Assembly (NCBI GenBank): GCA_040755455.1
Contig: JBFMAY010000012.1
Span: 1-64,000 of the forward strand
Reading direction: 5' to 3'
Source of the DNA: Thermodesulfobacteriota bacterium
Lineage (GTDB): Bacteria; Desulfobacterota; Desulfobulbia; Desulfobulbales; SURF-16
DNA length: 64,000 nt
Shown here: positions 61,263 to 64,000 of the stretch, in pieces
Numbering within the stretch: position 1 is the first letter of the stretch
Layout of the letters: every line of letters begins with the position of its first letter
Position numbers and translations under genes: made by a program
The notes under the pieces: generated by a model
Databases searched by the model: none
What the model was told of the DNA's origin: nothing
The model's input: only the letters and a program-made list of their open reading frames with translations

Positions 61263-61677
61263 ATTCATACAGTTTGCCAGCGTAAGCTGCAGCCTTGCTC
61301 TTTATCGCAAATTCCTCCATACCAAGTTTGCGCCATCAGGAACGCAAAAAAAATTGCTCCCCCAGCGTCTCAGACTGGGGATGGCAGGAAAGACATCGCC
61401 ATTCCGACTCCAGCTGCGGGCGGCTCCTTTCCCCGGCCGGCAAAACATATCTCGCGCCCTGACCAAGTCATCATCATGCCAGTGTTTGCTCTTGCCTATC
61501 TGGTTGCAACAGGGCACAATGTTTTCACTCCCGGCGGTAAAAAAAATATTGGCTGGCCCTGGCAGGTAAAGTAAATATAGGCAGGTTTTCAATCAACGGT
61601 ACGCAGGGGAAAAAATCCCAATCCACGCACCCGGAAAGGCACGCCGCAAAAAGCATGAACAAAAACGGATCCCTCAA

Positions 61678-62490
61678 GTGAACTTATTCTATGCCGCTTT
61701 TCTTGGAATTCTCCAAGGCGCTACCGAATTTCTCCCAGTCTCAAGCTCCGGCCATCTTGCCCTGGCTGAGGCCTTTTTCCACATTGAAGAGGCAGGCCTC
61801 ACCTTTGACATCGCCCTGCATCTGGGCACCTTGCTCGCCATCCTGGCTTATTTTCGTAATGATTTTTATGGGATGGGGCTGGCTCTCATCGGCAGGGATA
61901 CGAGCGCAGATGCCAAACAGCGGCGGCGCATGTCGATTTACATTGCCCTTGCCACAATTCCCGCCGTAGCCGCCGGACTGTTATGCGGCGATGCCGCTGA
62001 AACTCTGTTGCGCGGACCGGCCACTGTCGCCTTTTCCCTGTCAGCCGCCGGTTTTTTTCTCTGGCTCGCTGAAAAAAAGGGGGACCGGCAACGCAGTTAT
62101 GGCGCCATTACCATGAAAGACGCCATCATCATCGGCCTGGCCCAGTCCCTTGCCCTGATCCCCGGCGTGTCAAGAAGCGGCAGCACCATGACCGCAGGGC
62201 TCTTTCTTGGTCTGAACCGTTCCGCCAGTGCTCAGTTTTCCTTTTTGCTGTCTGCGCCCATTATTTTCGGGGCCGGAATCTATAAAATTCCTAAAATCAT
62301 CAATATGGGTCTTGACCAAAGCCAGATGCTTTTTTACCTAACCGGTTTTCTTTCCTCGGCTGTTTCCGGCTATCTGGTCATCGCCCTGCTGATGAGATAT
62401 GTCCGGACAAAATCCCTGACCGTTTTTGCCTATTACCGCTTTTTCCTGTCGGCGATAGTTGTCATTGCCCTGCTGCTTGGCTATCAGTAA
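61678..62490 (+). CDS. uppP: Undecaprenyl-diphosphate phosphatase
   Basis: GILQGATEFLPVSSSGH, LHLGT, PGVSRSGST, FSFLLSAP, FAYYR. Confidence 0.96.
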   Translation: MNLFYAAFLGILQGATEFLPVSSSGHLALAEAFFHIEEAGLTFDIALHLGTLLAILAYFRNDFYGMGLALIGRDTSADAKQRRRMSIYIALATIPAVAAGLLCGDAAETLLRGPATVAFSLSAAGFFLWLAEKKGDRQRSYGAITMKDAIIIGLAQSLALIPGVSRSGSTMTAGLFLGLNRSASAQFSFLLSAPIIFGAGIYKIPKIINMGLDQSQMLFYLTGFLSSAVSGYLVIALLMRYVRTKSLTVFAYYRFFLSAIVVIALLLGYQ

Positions 62491-62513
62491 ACCAAAACAA
62501 AAGGTTATAAACC

Positions 62514-63203
62514 GTGCCTGAAATAAATCTGCCTGAAAAAACCCAGACCGTTCTGAAAAGAATCAGAAAAAAATACAAAGTCGGCTTTGAGCCCTTGCGC
62601 ATCAGGGATGTTGAGCTTAAAATTCTTCAGGTACAGGATCTCGAACATCTGTTAGCCGGCAAAGACCCCTTTGCCGATGTGGCAAGTTTCCCTTTCTGGG
62701 TCAAGCTGTGGGAGGCATCTCTCATGCTGGCGGATATCATGGCCAGCATGCCGGCCAAGCCTGGCCAGACACTGCTTGAGCTGGGCGCAGGACTTGCCGC
62801 GCCTGGACTGGTGGCCGCCGCCAGGGGCTACCAGGTGACCTTGAGCGATTACGAACCCCATATACTTGATTTCCAGCGGGTAAGTGCGGCGGCAAATGGT
62901 TTGACCGAGGTTGATTTTAGAATGATCGACTGGAAGAAACCTCCGGCAATTCCCCCGTTTGATATGATTATCGGCGCGGAAATTCTCTTCCGCGATGAAT
63001 TTTTTCAACCGCTGCTCGATGTCTTCAACAAATATCTTGCCCCGCAGGGCACGATTTACCTTGCCCATGATGGCCGCAGGAAAAGCCTGCCAAAATTCCT
63101 CGACCGTGCCCAGCAGGAGTATCAGATTGCGGTCAGCGCCAGGAAAATGAAATCAGAAGAAGGGGAGCTGACCATCATTATCAACCGATTAAAGAGAAAA
63201 TAA
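62514..63203 (+). CDS. Class I SAM methyltransferase (protein-lysine methyltransferase-like)
   Basis: PFWVKLWEAS, LELGAGL, SDY, FDMIIGAEILF. Confidence 0.85.
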   Translation: MPEINLPEKTQTVLKRIRKKYKVGFEPLRIRDVELKILQVQDLEHLLAGKDPFADVASFPFWVKLWEASLMLADIMASMPAKPGQTLLELGAGLAAPGLVAAARGYQVTLSDYEPHILDFQRVSAAANGLTEVDFRMIDWKKPPAIPPFDMIIGAEILFRDEFFQPLLDVFNKYLAPQGTIYLAHDGRRKSLPKFLDRAQQEYQIAVSARKMKSEEGELTIIINRLKRK

Positions 63204-63212
63204 CCCATTCCC

Positions 63213-63527
63213 ATGCCAATCTACGAGTATGAACATATCGGCCGGGAATGTAAACTCGGCAGACATTTCGAGATAAGCCAGTCCATCACCAGCGACAGAC
63301 TGGAAGCATGCCCTGAATGCGGACAACCGGTCAAAAGGCTCATTTCCCTTTGCGCGGTCAGCACGCCGAAAACCAACAGCGATTTGAAAAATCACGGCTT
63401 CACCAAACTGGTGCGCCGGGACAACGGCGTCTATGAGAACGTCACTGCCACCGGCAAGGAAAGCAAAATATGGGATGTCCGCAAACCCGAAACCATGCCT
63501 GATTTGCGGTCGAAAATCCGCGATTAG
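63213..63527 (+). CDS. FmdB-family zinc-ribbon protein
   Basis: MPIYEYE..FE..Q....CPECG..V.RLIS. Confidence 0.85.
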   Translation: MPIYEYEHIGRECKLGRHFEISQSITSDRLEACPECGQPVKRLISLCAVSTPKTNSDLKNHGFTKLVRRDNGVYENVTATGKESKIWDVRKPETMPDLRSKIRD

Positions 63528-63701
63528 GGGCATTGACTAAGCATTACATCTCTAAATTATTTCGTGCAACCTACGCCGTTCACCCTTGTGATATTACATT
63601 TATTTTTTACAGCGGCTTAGCCGCTGCGGCGGTGGCCATGGTCGCTAACCGAAAACGACTCCCCATCTCATCCCTGAAAACACGTTCGACAAAACCCTAT
63701 T

Positions 63702-64000
63702 ATGCACCTTAAAGACATAGACTGGAATAAACTCTGGCAGGAGGCGCGCCGGCAGAAGAGCTGGAAGAAAAAGGGGAAAAAAGACTGGGATGCCCGCGCG
63801 GCCAGCTTTGCCAAGAGAAATAGCGACTCAAGCTATGCCGATCGCTTTCTGCAGCTGATAAAACCCGAACCGCACTGGCGGGTGCTGGATATCGGCTGCG
63901 GCCCGGGAACCCTGGCCCTTCCTCTGGCGGCAAAGGTGAAAGCCGTGACCGCCATTGATTTTTCCCCGGCCATGCTGCACGAACTGGAAAAGAGGGCGGC
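63702..64000 (+). CDS. Class I SAM methyltransferase, 5' part (runs off window; not in ORF track)
   Basis: Hand translation MHLKDIDWNKLW...WDARAASF...VLDIGCGPGTLALPLA...TAIDFSPAML. Confidence 0.88.
   Translation, partial: MHLKDIDWNKLWQEARRQKSWKKKGKKDWDARAASFAKRNSDSSYADRFLQLIKPEPHWRVLDIGCGPGTLALPLAAKVKAVTAIDFSPAMLHELEKRA

Noticed and set aside
63608..63626. Hairpin CAGCGGC-TTA-GCCGCTG upstream of the last methyltransferase as a riboswitch
   Set aside because: Single short stem with no recognisable aptamer consensus

Overview
Core-genome window of an anaerobic sulfur-cycling deltaproteobacterium. Desulfobulbales/Desulfurivibrio-like is my inference from gene content and the split ATP synthase operon. 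Left end (AT-rich, minus strand): pyrD-pyrK-parB-parA, a parS site, an M20 peptidase, ihfB-sppA-rpsA and a NUDIX/HAD pair. Then pcnB-bioB-bioF, mutM, a 1038-aa radical SAM/arsenite-methyltransferase/Cys-rich fusion, rph-tgt-yajC, and a coupled HDOD-kinase/MerR-MinD/ExeA-like trio. Next come tRNA-modification genes (U32, mnmA, mtaB), cinA-recA-alaS, the atp b'-b-delta-alpha-gamma-beta-epsilon operon, cheX, an orphan GltD/NfnB-like flavoprotein and a type II secretion cluster lacking gspG. The right part holds a yedE/tusA/dsrEFH-like sulfur-relay cluster (including a 57-aa gene missed by the ORF track), a hybrid kinase with an atypical H-box, FliK-like, MFS, TlpA, a small secreted protein ending in Gly-Cys, uppP, two methyltransferases and an FmdB protein. 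No rRNA, intact tRNA, CRISPR or transposase was recognised. Best candidates for undescribed biology: the rSAM(Cys-less SPASM)-ArsM-Cys-rich fusion, the HDOD-kinase/MerR-MinD/ExeA module, the sulfur-relay locus, and the parS-parAB-pyrKD arrangement with its strand-composition switch. All family calls are by motif recognition; no database searches were run.
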